Below, piece after piece: positions 50,260 to 59,163 of a DNA stretch of 64,000 bases. Under the pieces are notes generated by a model. It searched no databases, had not been told where the DNA came from, and saw only the letters and a list, made by a program, of their open reading frames with translations. A program made the translations under genes and the position numbers. Every line of letters begins with the position of its first letter. Within the stretch, counting starts at the first letter, position 1. The stretch is from a bacterium (lineage in GTDB: Bacteria > SAR324 > NAC60-12): NCBI GenBank assembly GCA_965233585.1, contig CBDDTI010000745.1, positions 128,001 through 192,000 of the forward strand, written 5' to 3'.

Positions 50260-50930
50260 CATTACTGAAACTTCAAAATCTTTCCAAACAGTTCCCTTCA
50301 CCTGACAAAACGTCTCCAGTTATCCCACTGGAACGTATAGACCTGACGGTAGAAAAAGGTGAAACTGTCGCCATCATAGGTAGTTCAGGCAGTGGAAAAT
50401 CTACTTTACTGGCATTGCTGGCTGGACTAGATACTCCCACCAATGGAACAATCCACGTTGGTGACCAATGTATTTCTAGCTTTTCAGAAGGAGAGCTGAC
50501 TGAGTTTCGTGCAACAAATTTAGGAATCATTTTTCAGCAGTTTTATTTGTTGCCCCATCTGACAACATTGGAAAATGTCGCATTGCCTTTGGAACTCCAA
50601 AATGATTCTGATGCCTTTCAAAAAGCGCAAAACATGCTGAAACTTGTCAACCTAGACCATCGTCTAAAACACTTCCCTAAGCAGTTAAGTGGAGGAGAGT
50701 GTCAACGGACTGCAATCGCAAGGGCATTGGTGGTACGACCCAAATTGCTGTTAGCAGACGAACCTTCAGGAAATTTGGATCAACAAAACGGAGAGAAATT
50801 AGCGGATTTGTTGTTTGACCTTGTCAAATCTATTCAAATGACAATGATTTTGGTTACCCACAGCCAAGAGCTTGCCAATCGTTGCAGCAGTATTTACCGA
50901 TTGCAGAATGGAAAACTTGTCAAGGTGTAA
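50256..50930 (+). CDS. ABC ATPase, YbbA/LolD-like
   Basis: [26 protein letters not shown]; coupled to tesA. Confidence 0.9.
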   Translation: MTLLKLQNLSKQFPSPDKTSPVIPLERIDLTVEKGETVAIIGSSGSGKSTLLALLAGLDTPTNGTIHVGDQCISSFSEGELTEFRATNLGIIFQQFYLLPHLTTLENVALPLELQNDSDAFQKAQNMLKLVNLDHRLKHFPKQLSGGECQRTAIARALVVRPKLLLADEPSGNLDQQNGEKLADLLFDLVKSIQMTMILVTHSQELANRCSSIYRLQNGKLVKV

Positions 50931-50963
50931 TTCAGTAAGTTTGAGTTTAGAGTTTTCAACTTG

Positions 50964-51161
50964 TCACTCTTTAGTCAGTTTTTTCACAATTCTAACAGCA
51001 TAATGTCCATTCTGATTGACAAGTTCCCCCTTGCCCACATGTCTTTCTCCAATATACAGATCAACTAGGTCTTTCATACCCTGTTTGAGTTCCATGAGCC
51101 GATCAGATTTTTTGAGTCGCCCTGTGCTGTGAATCTGAACTTTTAGGATAGATGATAACAC
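50964..51161 (-). CDS. Short SpoA (FliN/FliM C-terminal) fragment, possibly a remnant
   Basis: LVDLYIGERHVGKGELVNQNGHYAVRIV. Confidence 0.65.
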   Translation of the reverse strand: MLSSILKVQIHSTGRLKKSDRLMELKQGMKDLVDLYIGERHVGKGELVNQNGHYAVRIVKKLTKE

Positions 51162-51163
51162 AG

Positions 51164-53659
51164 CTACTTCGTGTTAGTGGTCATAATGAATATCAAGCCT
51201 AAAACTCCCGTTACGATGCCATAGAGAGCTATCGCAATCGTTGTGTCGTTGGTGATGACAAATAACAAACTGCTTAAAAGTGGTCCGATTACATGACCTA
51301 TTCTTTCTAGGAAGATATAGGTTGCCGTAATAGATTTATTACCAAAACGCTCTGCAGACCGTGTTTTATTGATATGGGTTAAGACAGGTGCAGCAAGTAA
51401 GCCGTTTGATGCTCCTGCAAGCAACAAACAGACTAAAACAATGTACGTTGCAAGGTTGCTTAAACCGAACAAAGCCAAAAGTTTATTAAACTCTAAAGCG
51501 AGATTTGCTAAGGGAACAATAAGAAAAGCCATTCCTCCTACATCTTCTGCAGAAGTAAAGCCAACCATACCAAGCACAGCCATACTGACTGCCCCTATCA
51601 TTGCGCTAAGGAATAAAACACTCTTCGTGTTTCCAAGTGCATCAACTGTACGAGAAGCATAGTGGGTGACAACCATTGATGAGATATAATATAACATCAA
51701 TAATTGCCCAATTTCTTCTGTGGTAAAACCATTAATTGAAAGCACCAATGGCACTGCAAACATGACTACGCCCGTGATTGCTGCCTTACCAATCAGGCTT
51801 AGGCACATCAAGGTTTTAACAAATTCTGCATCTTTCAGGCAACTGATAATATTTTGCAGCAACCGTCTAAAACGGACAGTTGTTTTAGACTTCATTTGGG
51901 CTTGATGCACAATAGTATCCACACTTGGCACAAGAACCCAGAGGTACACAATGCTAATCATACTGACAGCAGCACTGACAAGAAAAAGTGTTTGATAATC
52001 CATGTAAGAATACAACAAAGCACCAATGGCTGTTCCTGATATTAAACCTGCATTGCGTCCGATCACTTTGACTGCCGCACCCTGTGTCCTTTTATTTTGA
52101 GGGGTAATAGCGAGAATATAAGATTGCAAGCCAATCAAAAATAGTCCTTGACCAATTCCAGAAAAACATCTTCCTATGGTGAGAAACCAATAATCATCAA
52201 TAAATCCTATGAGTAAAAGCCCAACCAATTCAGAAAAGAACCCCACAGCCATCAACTTCTTCAAGTCACCATTTTCTGCATACTGTCCAGCAGGCACGAG
52301 AACCATCGCAAAAAAGAAATAGAAAATGGTAAAAGGAAGAGATGCCGTTGCGGAAGATGAATTGGTCTCAGAAGCGAGTTCTTTCACAAGTTGGGGTAAA
52401 AATGAAACAGCAAGAGCGTTGACAAAAACGACAAGAAAATAGGCAGGCTTGACTAACCGAAGACCCATTTGAAAACTCTCATCATCTTTAGCGAGGTGAG
52501 GGTCATCGTTCTTTTTTTGTTGAGAAATTTCTCTTTTCTCAACCCATACCATCAATGTTGTTCCAGCATCTAAGAACAAGGCAGAGATCAGACCACACGC
52601 AATCAGCAACACTAAAAACGCCTTCCCACGAGACAGAATTTCTTGAAAAATAACATTTTCTGGCAAAGACACAATCACAGCAAAATTTTCAATAGATTCC
52701 TCGGATCCAACACGACTCACTTGACTAATCACATCGCTTGGTTTGGTATAGACTTTTCCTAATTGTGTTTGATCGGTGTGAAAGAGAATATTATTATCTT
52801 TTAAGATGGCAATGTTACTAATATCAGGGTTATTGCGTTGGTAGTTTTGTAAGGCATTGTTTATCCCCTCAATACTTGAAAAATCAATACCCAAATCTAA
52901 AATCACCGACAGCCGCTCACTCAAAGACCCTGACAAAGCGGCAGCTCTTGCAGTAGCACCATGCTCATAAATTTTAAATATCACAGCCCCGATAGAAGAG
53001 GACATAATCAGGAAACAAATCAAATAAACAATCTCTAAAGAACGTCTTTTGTACTTCCTATTAATCCCCAATGCCTCATAGATGATGACAAAGGCTGCAA
53101 AAAAAGCATTGAGACCCAGAAAGATGTTAAAAATCAAACTAAACGAATCTTCTAAATATGCAAAAACTCTATCCTTTCTTGATTCAACAATCAGGTAACC
53201 TGCAACAACAAATTTATTTTTGAGAGACAGAGTGACCCTGAAACTGGCATTTGATTCCTCAACCAAGATGTTGTCTCTGGAATATTCCATTTCGGAATAT
53301 ACCCTTTGTTTGAGGACTTTTGCTAAATCTTCTTGGGCAATATCACTGGCAACGTTTGTAAAAATAGGCTTGCGTTGTGAGTTGAGTAACCTGAAACTTT
53401 CAAGGGTATTGTCAGAGCGAAGCAAAGTGTTGGTTTGATTAGTGAAGCCGCTGTATTGTTTGAGAGATAGCCCAGACTGAAGATAACGATCCAGGGAGTT
53501 TTTAATAATCTCTCCTTGCGCAATAAGCTTTCCTGATTCAAATTTAGGATACTTTCTTTTGACCTCACCCCAACCAATGTAAACCAACAACAGCAGAGTT
53601 AATGCTAAAACTGCAACCAAAGGAAGGGAGAATAACATCCCCAATACTTTTCTATTCAT
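51164..53659 (-). CDS. MFS transporter fused to an N-terminal region with 4 TMs and two extracytoplasmic domains
   Basis: C-terminal ~430 aa MFS pattern (IGRCFSGIGQG, GTAIGALL, ERIGHVIGP); N-terminal TM-loop-TM-TM-loop-TM. Confidence 0.8.
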   Translation of the reverse strand: MNRKVLGMLFSLPLVAVLALTLLLLVYIGWGEVKRKYPKFESGKLIAQGEIIKNSLDRYLQSGLSLKQYSGFTNQTNTLLRSDNTLESFRLLNSQRKPIFTNVASDIAQEDLAKVLKQRVYSEMEYSRDNILVEESNASFRVTLSLKNKFVVAGYLIVESRKDRVFAYLEDSFSLIFNIFLGLNAFFAAFVIIYEALGINRKYKRRSLEIVYLICFLIMSSSIGAVIFKIYEHGATARAAALSGSLSERLSVILDLGIDFSSIEGINNALQNYQRNNPDISNIAILKDNNILFHTDQTQLGKVYTKPSDVISQVSRVGSEESIENFAVIVSLPENVIFQEILSRGKAFLVLLIACGLISALFLDAGTTLMVWVEKREISQQKKNDDPHLAKDDESFQMGLRLVKPAYFLVVFVNALAVSFLPQLVKELASETNSSSATASLPFTIFYFFFAMVLVPAGQYAENGDLKKLMAVGFFSELVGLLLIGFIDDYWFLTIGRCFSGIGQGLFLIGLQSYILAITPQNKRTQGAAVKVIGRNAGLISGTAIGALLYSYMDYQTLFLVSAAVSMISIVYLWVLVPSVDTIVHQAQMKSKTTVRFRRLLQNIISCLKDAEFVKTLMCLSLIGKAAITGVVMFAVPLVLSINGFTTEEIGQLLMLYYISSMVVTHYASRTVDALGNTKSVLFLSAMIGAVSMAVLGMVGFTSAEDVGGMAFLIVPLANLALEFNKLLALFGLSNLATYIVLVCLLLAGASNGLLAAPVLTHINKTRSAERFGNKSITATYIFLERIGHVIGPLLSSLLFVITNDTTIAIALYGIVTGVLGLIFIMTTNTK

Positions 53660-53682
53660 AAATAATAACTAACTGAACGATT

Positions 53683-54846
53683 TTATCTCACCTCTTGCCC
53701 AAAGTTGCGGACCATTCTGCCACTATAATCATAAATAAAAGCTGCTGATTCAATAATACTGAAAGGGATTTTGAGATTGATCTTTCTTGCCACAGCAAAA
53801 TTGATTGCCAAATCAGGAGGCGTTACAACACCAACTTTTAGTTTTCCCGGCTGCACTTGTTTTTTAAGAATCCTAATAGCATATACACTTGCCAAATGAG
53901 CATTGTTTCGTCGGTCAATGCCTACTGCCAAAACAGCGCTGCCTGTGCCTTCACTCACAATGTTAGGGATGGACCCTAAAACTGGAACAACAGAAGAAAG
54001 CTGGCTAATCATATCTATCTTAGAAAAGACAGCAGTACTACTTGTCACCCAGAAAATACTATTTTGCAGTGAGGGGTCATTCTTTTTCATTGTCTCAATA
54101 GCAACTGGGATTTTTTCGGTCAACGTGTATTCAGCAGGAACGTCATCGCCTACTGCAATATCAAAGACATTCAAACCGAGTTGCTCCAATTTAGTTTTGA
54201 ATGGTCTGACCTCTGTTGCCATCACCGCCCCATGATTCCGATCATACATAATCGCAATGTTTTTGATATTTGGCTTGAGCCTCTTGAGGTAATCCATCTG
54301 CAAACTGATTGGAACGTTCAACGATGTCCAAGCAATATTTGAACGACTGCCTGTGTCATAATCCTTGACAAGCCCCAAAAGAACAGGGTCTTTAGTGATA
54401 GAAACGACAACAGGAAGTTTACCACCCTCATAATAACTTTTGATAAAACGAGCTGACTCTGAACCAGCAGTAAAAATCAAATCATAATTATTATTTTCTG
54501 CAAAAACAACTGATCTTTTTGCATATTCTTCATCTTTTGCAAAATTTTGGACGGTTAAGTGAGCATACACCTCCTCACGTTCCAAAATTTCTAGCAGTTT
54601 GTTCACTGCAGTCGTATAGCTGCCAGATTTTTTTGAGACCAAAACAAAAATACGAGCTTCTAGGGAGGAAGACGTTTTTTCCCACTTTGGTTTGATGACC
54701 AGAGATTCTCCCTCGATGGCACTCTGATAAAAATCTAAATTTTTATCATTCAGCTTCAACCAAGAAATGTAATATTTGGAAGTTTGTGCCAGCCCCACTT
54801 GCTGTAAAAACAGAACCAAAACAGATATTAAGATGTATTTTTTCAT
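53683..54846 (-). CDS. Periplasmic substrate-binding protein (ABC_sub_bind-like)
   Basis: Signal peptide; YDLIFTAGS, LPVV...DPVLLGLV, LAINFAVARKINLKIP. Confidence 0.8.
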   Translation of the reverse strand: MKKYILISVLVLFLQQVGLAQTSKYYISWLKLNDKNLDFYQSAIEGESLVIKPKWEKTSSSLEARIFVLVSKKSGSYTTAVNKLLEILEREEVYAHLTVQNFAKDEEYAKRSVVFAENNNYDLIFTAGSESARFIKSYYEGGKLPVVVSITKDPVLLGLVKDYDTGSRSNIAWTSLNVPISLQMDYLKRLKPNIKNIAIMYDRNHGAVMATEVRPFKTKLEQLGLNVFDIAVGDDVPAEYTLTEKIPVAIETMKKNDPSLQNSIFWVTSSTAVFSKIDMISQLSSVVPVLGSIPNIVSEGTGSAVLAVGIDRRNNAHLASVYAIRILKKQVQPGKLKVGVVTPPDLAINFAVARKINLKIPFSIIESAAFIYDYSGRMVRNFGQEVR

Positions 54847-54995
54847 CTTGCCTTTAGGAATATAAAAATTAGGTTGTAGCACATAATGTGCCACAGTATA
54901 TTTGCTTAAATATAGAACTATTCAAGATTGAGTTTCAAGTCACATATCAAGAAATCCCAGCTATCATCAAATTTGAATCCCCAAGTGATGATCAA

Positions 54996-55661
54996 TTATG
55001 TTCTCTTGGTAAAAAATGCTCCTCTTCCCAACGACCAGCAGTTATTAATTGTCCAATATAAAACTGCTGCTGCTGGGGCTGTGTAAAGAATTACTAAAAA
55101 AAAGAATGCTAAAGCCAGTAATTTCAGAGTTTCAGAAGCTGTTACTGCCTCAAAAAAATAAAGCGACCCCAAATTAATCAAAGTCATAATGACAGGAAGC
55201 ACGTTAACATCAAGTCCTGCAATGTTTAGAATTTGATCAGGTTTTGATAAATCATTGACCAAAAAGAAAGAAACACCCTGAAAAGGAGTGTAACTAATCA
55301 ACAAGAGATATGCCGCTATGAAAAATGGCACTTGAATAAAAAACCCCAAACTGGACCGCAAAGACTGAATGGGGTGATAACGATGTTCTTTGTAGAGTTG
55401 TGAGATTTGTTTAAAACGTTCTTCACCTCGTGAATTTTTTTTAATCTCTATTATTTTGGGTTGCAACACAGACTGAATCTGGCGTTCTTTCTGGTCTAGT
55501 TTTTCTGCAATTTGATAAAGCGGTATCATCAAGAGATTCACAGCCAGACTCAAGATAATAATTGACAAACCATATTCTCCAACCACTGCAAACGCTTGTT
55601 CCAATATCAGTTGCATCAAAAGTGAGAGTGGGGCAATAAAAATAGATTGTAATAACTCCAT
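54996..55661 (-). CDS. Short YidC/Oxa1 family insertase
   Basis: YGLSIIILS, LQPKI, LYKEHRYHP, IQVPFF, DLSKPD, PAAAVLYW..NN; no periplasmic domain. Confidence 0.85.
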   Translation of the reverse strand: MELLQSIFIAPLSLLMQLILEQAFAVVGEYGLSIIILSLAVNLLMIPLYQIAEKLDQKERQIQSVLQPKIIEIKKNSRGEERFKQISQLYKEHRYHPIQSLRSSLGFFIQVPFFIAAYLLLISYTPFQGVSFFLVNDLSKPDQILNIAGLDVNVLPVIMTLINLGSLYFFEAVTASETLKLLALAFFFLVILYTAPAAAVLYWTINNCWSLGRGAFFTKRT

Positions 55662-56777
55662 TTACAGACTTTCCAAAATTTCAATGATTTGATTGGCAGC
55701 AATTTCACCGACCTGCCCGACATGGTATAAAGAGCTATTCATTAATTCTGTCATTTGTTCCTGATTCATTTGTGTTGTGGTTTGCTTCACGATATGAGCT
55801 AGTTGTGGCAAATCTTTTTCTGTGATTACCGTCCCCAGCATTTTCCTCACACGCAATTCCCAAAGTTCATTATCTAGTAAATCTATTTCCGTTCCTTCTG
55901 TCTCAATTTCAGATTCAACACAGATGACAGGTTTTTTGCACAAAAAAGCAAAATCAAAAATCATGCCTGACAAATCTGAAATCATGGCGTCCGCTTGGAG
56001 CATGGAAGACATTCCATCATTCTCATAGTCCCATGTGACTAAATCAGAATGGCTGAATCTCTGCTTCAAACTTTGCAAAAGTGCGGGATGAGAAATTTTT
56101 GTCTGTGGGTGTGGTCGGACAATCACTGAATAATTCTGGGCAATCAAGGGGTCAATCAACTTGTGTCCATAACGTTCTAGGCAACTATTTTTACCCCAAG
56201 TCCCTGCAATTAAAACGGTTGGCTGATTTGATTCTTGGACAGAATAAGCCTCCTTTTTTTGAAATAAAAAATCTAAGTGAGGAAACCCAGTCTGATAAAG
56301 TGTCTTGGGAGGTGTTTGGTGCTTTTCTTCCAGAGTTCTAATATCCAATTCTTGGTGCTTTCCTGCACACAAAACACTATCAAAGTGATCAAAAGCATGC
56401 GACCGATACAAACCACAACCTGTTGGTGCATGGAAAAGATAAGTGTAATGCTTGACCCCTGGAGACCTCTTGATGTTAAGAATGTTTAGATTTGGTGTGG
56501 TCATCACGACAAGCTTTGCAGCAAGCAAGTTCATCCACAAAGCAGACCCTGTATTTCCTCCGATAAAAAACGCATTCACCCCAGACAGTCCCATCTTAAA
56601 GACAGGATCACTCTGGCTCATGGTCAGAACACAACTTTGCTGACCTTTTTGTGTCAGAGCCTTCAGCACGGGTTCAAGTGTTGAAAAATATTGACCACCT
56701 TCAGAAAAAAAAACTAAATGACGACTTTCTTTGGGAAGGTTCAGAAAACGGATTGCCTCTTTGAGATAAAATCTCAT
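55662..56777 (-). CDS. CDP-glycerol glycerophosphotransferase (TagB/TagF-like) family protein
   Basis: FHA, TGFPHLD, LIAGTW, VRPHP, MISDLSGMIFDF..KPV. Confidence 0.82.
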   Translation of the reverse strand: MRFYLKEAIRFLNLPKESRHLVFFSEGGQYFSTLEPVLKALTQKGQQSCVLTMSQSDPVFKMGLSGVNAFFIGGNTGSALWMNLLAAKLVVMTTPNLNILNIKRSPGVKHYTYLFHAPTGCGLYRSHAFDHFDSVLCAGKHQELDIRTLEEKHQTPPKTLYQTGFPHLDFLFQKKEAYSVQESNQPTVLIAGTWGKNSCLERYGHKLIDPLIAQNYSVIVRPHPQTKISHPALLQSLKQRFSHSDLVTWDYENDGMSSMLQADAMISDLSGMIFDFAFLCKKPVICVESEIETEGTEIDLLDNELWELRVRKMLGTVITEKDLPQLAHIVKQTTTQMNQEQMTELMNSSLYHVGQVGEIAANQIIEILESL

Positions 56778-56992
56778 TTTTTTGGATCAGACTCTTCTTG
56801 TGTATCTGGAACTGACGGCTTAAAGATCATATTTTTGAGCTTATAAAACCAGCCCCGCAAGGTATAGAGTAACGTGGCAATCACCCCGACAACAGCAGAA
56901 ACAAGCATGCTCCCTGTTCCAGGATCAAGGTAAGCAAAAGCATGTTGTGCAAACAAAAGAGCAACAGAGGTTGCAAATAAGAGCTTTGACAT
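56774..56992 (-). CDS. Small YLDPGTGS-motif membrane protein
   Basis: Signal peptide ending AFA, YLDPGTGS, one TM, basic tail; ATGA overlap with next gene. Confidence 0.8.
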   Translation of the reverse strand: MSKLLFATSVALLFAQHAFAYLDPGTGSMLVSAVVGVIATLLYTLRGWFYKLKNMIFKPSVPDTQEESDPKK

Positions 56993-57081
56993 AGAAACTA
57001 CCCATCAAAAAGTTCAAACCTTCAAATATAACCCACTTTGTGTTAGACTGCAACAATTAAACTTGATATTTAAGGAAGAAT

Positions 57082-57531
57082 ATGAAACGTACTCTGGTAG
57101 ATATGTCTGCAACCATTTTGCATCATGGTCATATAAGACTTTTGCAAAAAGCAAAAGAAATTGGTCACGTGACTGTAGGTCTTTGCACTGACGATGAAAT
57201 TCTGAAAACCAAAGGTTACATGCCTGAATTAGCTTTTGAATACCGCAAGGAAATCTTGGAAAGCATTCGCTATGTTGACAAGGTGATCCCTGCTCCATGG
57301 CTGATTGACAACGCATTTTTGGATAGACATCATATTGACCTGCTCATACACGGACATGACAATTCCAACACTGTTGACCCAGAACGAATCGTCACCTTCC
57401 CACGCACTGAAGGTACAAGCAGTTCTGACATTCGGGAGTATGCCGCACACGCCTACTTGTCAAGCCTACTCACCAAAGAAACCTTACCCGAAAAACTAAA
57501 ACAACTTTGCCTACAACTATCATCTAAATGA
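57082..57531 (+). CDS. Stand-alone cytidylyltransferase (TagD-like)
   Basis: ILHHGHIRLL, VGLCTD, HGHD, RTEGTSSSDIR. Confidence 0.9.
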   Translation: MKRTLVDMSATILHHGHIRLLQKAKEIGHVTVGLCTDDEILKTKGYMPELAFEYRKEILESIRYVDKVIPAPWLIDNAFLDRHHIDLLIHGHDNSNTVDPERIVTFPRTEGTSSSDIREYAAHAYLSSLLTKETLPEKLKQLCLQLSSK

Positions 57532-57534
57532 ACT

Positions 57535-59163
57535 ATGGATTCTAATCAATTAGCTCTTCATGTTGACTCTGTCGGAGTGCAATTCCAAACAGAGTATGGT
57601 CCTGTTGATGCCGTCAACAACGTCTCATTTCAGCTCAAAAAACGCTCAACCCTTGCACTCGTTGGAGAATCAGGTTCAGGTAAGTCTGTTGTTAGTCTGT
57701 CTATTTTGAAACTTCTACCGTACCCAACAGCAGTGCATAAATCGGGGTCTATTTGGTTTGATGGTCAAGATTTGCTTCAACTTTCCCAGTCAAAAATTAG
57801 GCATATTAGAGGCAAGCGGATTACTATGATTTTTCAAGAGCCAATGACTTCTCTCAATCCTCTTCATACGGTTGAACAACAGATTTCAGAGAGTCTTTTT
57901 TTGCATACGAAAGGTATGAAAAAGTCTCTTGCGACTGAACGGACTCTTGAATTGCTGAACCTTGTTGGCATTGATCGCCCATCAAAGCGACTCAAATCCT
58001 ATCCCCACGAGCTATCAGGAGGACAAAGGCAACGTGTGATGATTGCGATGGCTCTTGCAAACACTCCTGATATTTTAATTGCTGATGAGCCAACCACTGC
58101 CCTTGATGTCACAACGCAGCTCCAAATTCTTGATCTTTTGCAAGACCTTCAAGATCGCTTGGGTATGGCAATTTTGTTCATTACCCATGACCTCAATATT
58201 GTCAAAAAAATCGCTCAAGATGTTTGCATTATGAAAGGTGGAGAAATTGTAGAAGCAGGAGAGACAAGGGAGATTTTTACCTCACCTCAACACGAATATA
58301 CGAAAACCCTGATCAATGCCACACCTCAAGGATTCAAAGCACCCCCTGTGAAAGATGCTCCTACCATTCTCAAAGTCAATCACCTCAAGGTGCAGTTTAC
58401 TTTACATAAAAATTGGTATGGAAAAGCGATTGATGTTTTAGATGCCGTCAATGATGTTTCACTTGAACTCAAAGAAGGTCAAACCATTGGAATTGTTGGT
58501 GAATCTGGTTCTGGAAAGTCCACATTAGGCAAAGCCATTTTACACCTTGCCCACTTTCAGAATGGAACAATTCACTTTGAAGGCACTGACATTGCAAGAT
58601 GCACTACAAGAAGTTTGAGGAAGTTGCGCAAAGACATGCAAATTGTCTTTCAAGACCCTTTTGGTAGCTTGTCTCCAAGAATGACGGTGGGCGAAATTAT
58701 TGCAGAAGGATTGCTCACGCATGAAAAACACCTAACCAATCAGCAAAGGCATGAACGCGTTGAGAAAGTGATGAGGGAGGTCTCGCTTGAACCCGATATG
58801 TTTGTACGTTACCCGCATGAGTTTTCAGGTGGTCAAAGACAGCGCATTGCTATTGCTAGATCGTTGATTCTCAACCCTAAGTTTATTTTATTAGACGAGC
58901 CAACTTCTGCACTAGATCGTTTTGTGCAAGTCCAAATTGTCAATCTGTTAAGGGACTTGCAAAAAGAATTGAAACTTGCCTACCTTTTTATCAGCCATGA
59001 TCTGTCTGTCGTACGAGCCATGTCTGATTATGTTCTAGTAATGAAAAATGGAAAGATTTTAGAACAGGGGTCAGCAGAACAAATCTTCAATGAACCTCAA
59101 GCAGAATATACTCGCACACTAATTACTGCTGCCTCACCTGTCGCTATGGATTATGCAAATTGA
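57535..59163 (+). CDS. Peptide ABC ATPase with two NBDs (YejF-like)
   Basis: Two [12 protein letters not shown](L/F)SGGQRQR, DEPT motifs. Confidence 0.92.
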   Translation: MDSNQLALHVDSVGVQFQTEYGPVDAVNNVSFQLKKRSTLALVGESGSGKSVVSLSILKLLPYPTAVHKSGSIWFDGQDLLQLSQSKIRHIRGKRITMIFQEPMTSLNPLHTVEQQISESLFLHTKGMKKSLATERTLELLNLVGIDRPSKRLKSYPHELSGGQRQRVMIAMALANTPDILIADEPTTALDVTTQLQILDLLQDLQDRLGMAILFITHDLNIVKKIAQDVCIMKGGEIVEAGETREIFTSPQHEYTKTLINATPQGFKAPPVKDAPTILKVNHLKVQFTLHKNWYGKAIDVLDAVNDVSLELKEGQTIGIVGESGSGKSTLGKAILHLAHFQNGTIHFEGTDIARCTTRSLRKLRKDMQIVFQDPFGSLSPRMTVGEIIAEGLLTHEKHLTNQQRHERVEKVMREVSLEPDMFVRYPHEFSGGQRQRIAIARSLILNPKFILLDEPTSALDRFVQVQIVNLLRDLQKELKLAYLFISHDLSVVRAMSDYVLVMKNGKILEQGSAEQIFNEPQAEYTRTLITAASPVAMDYAN

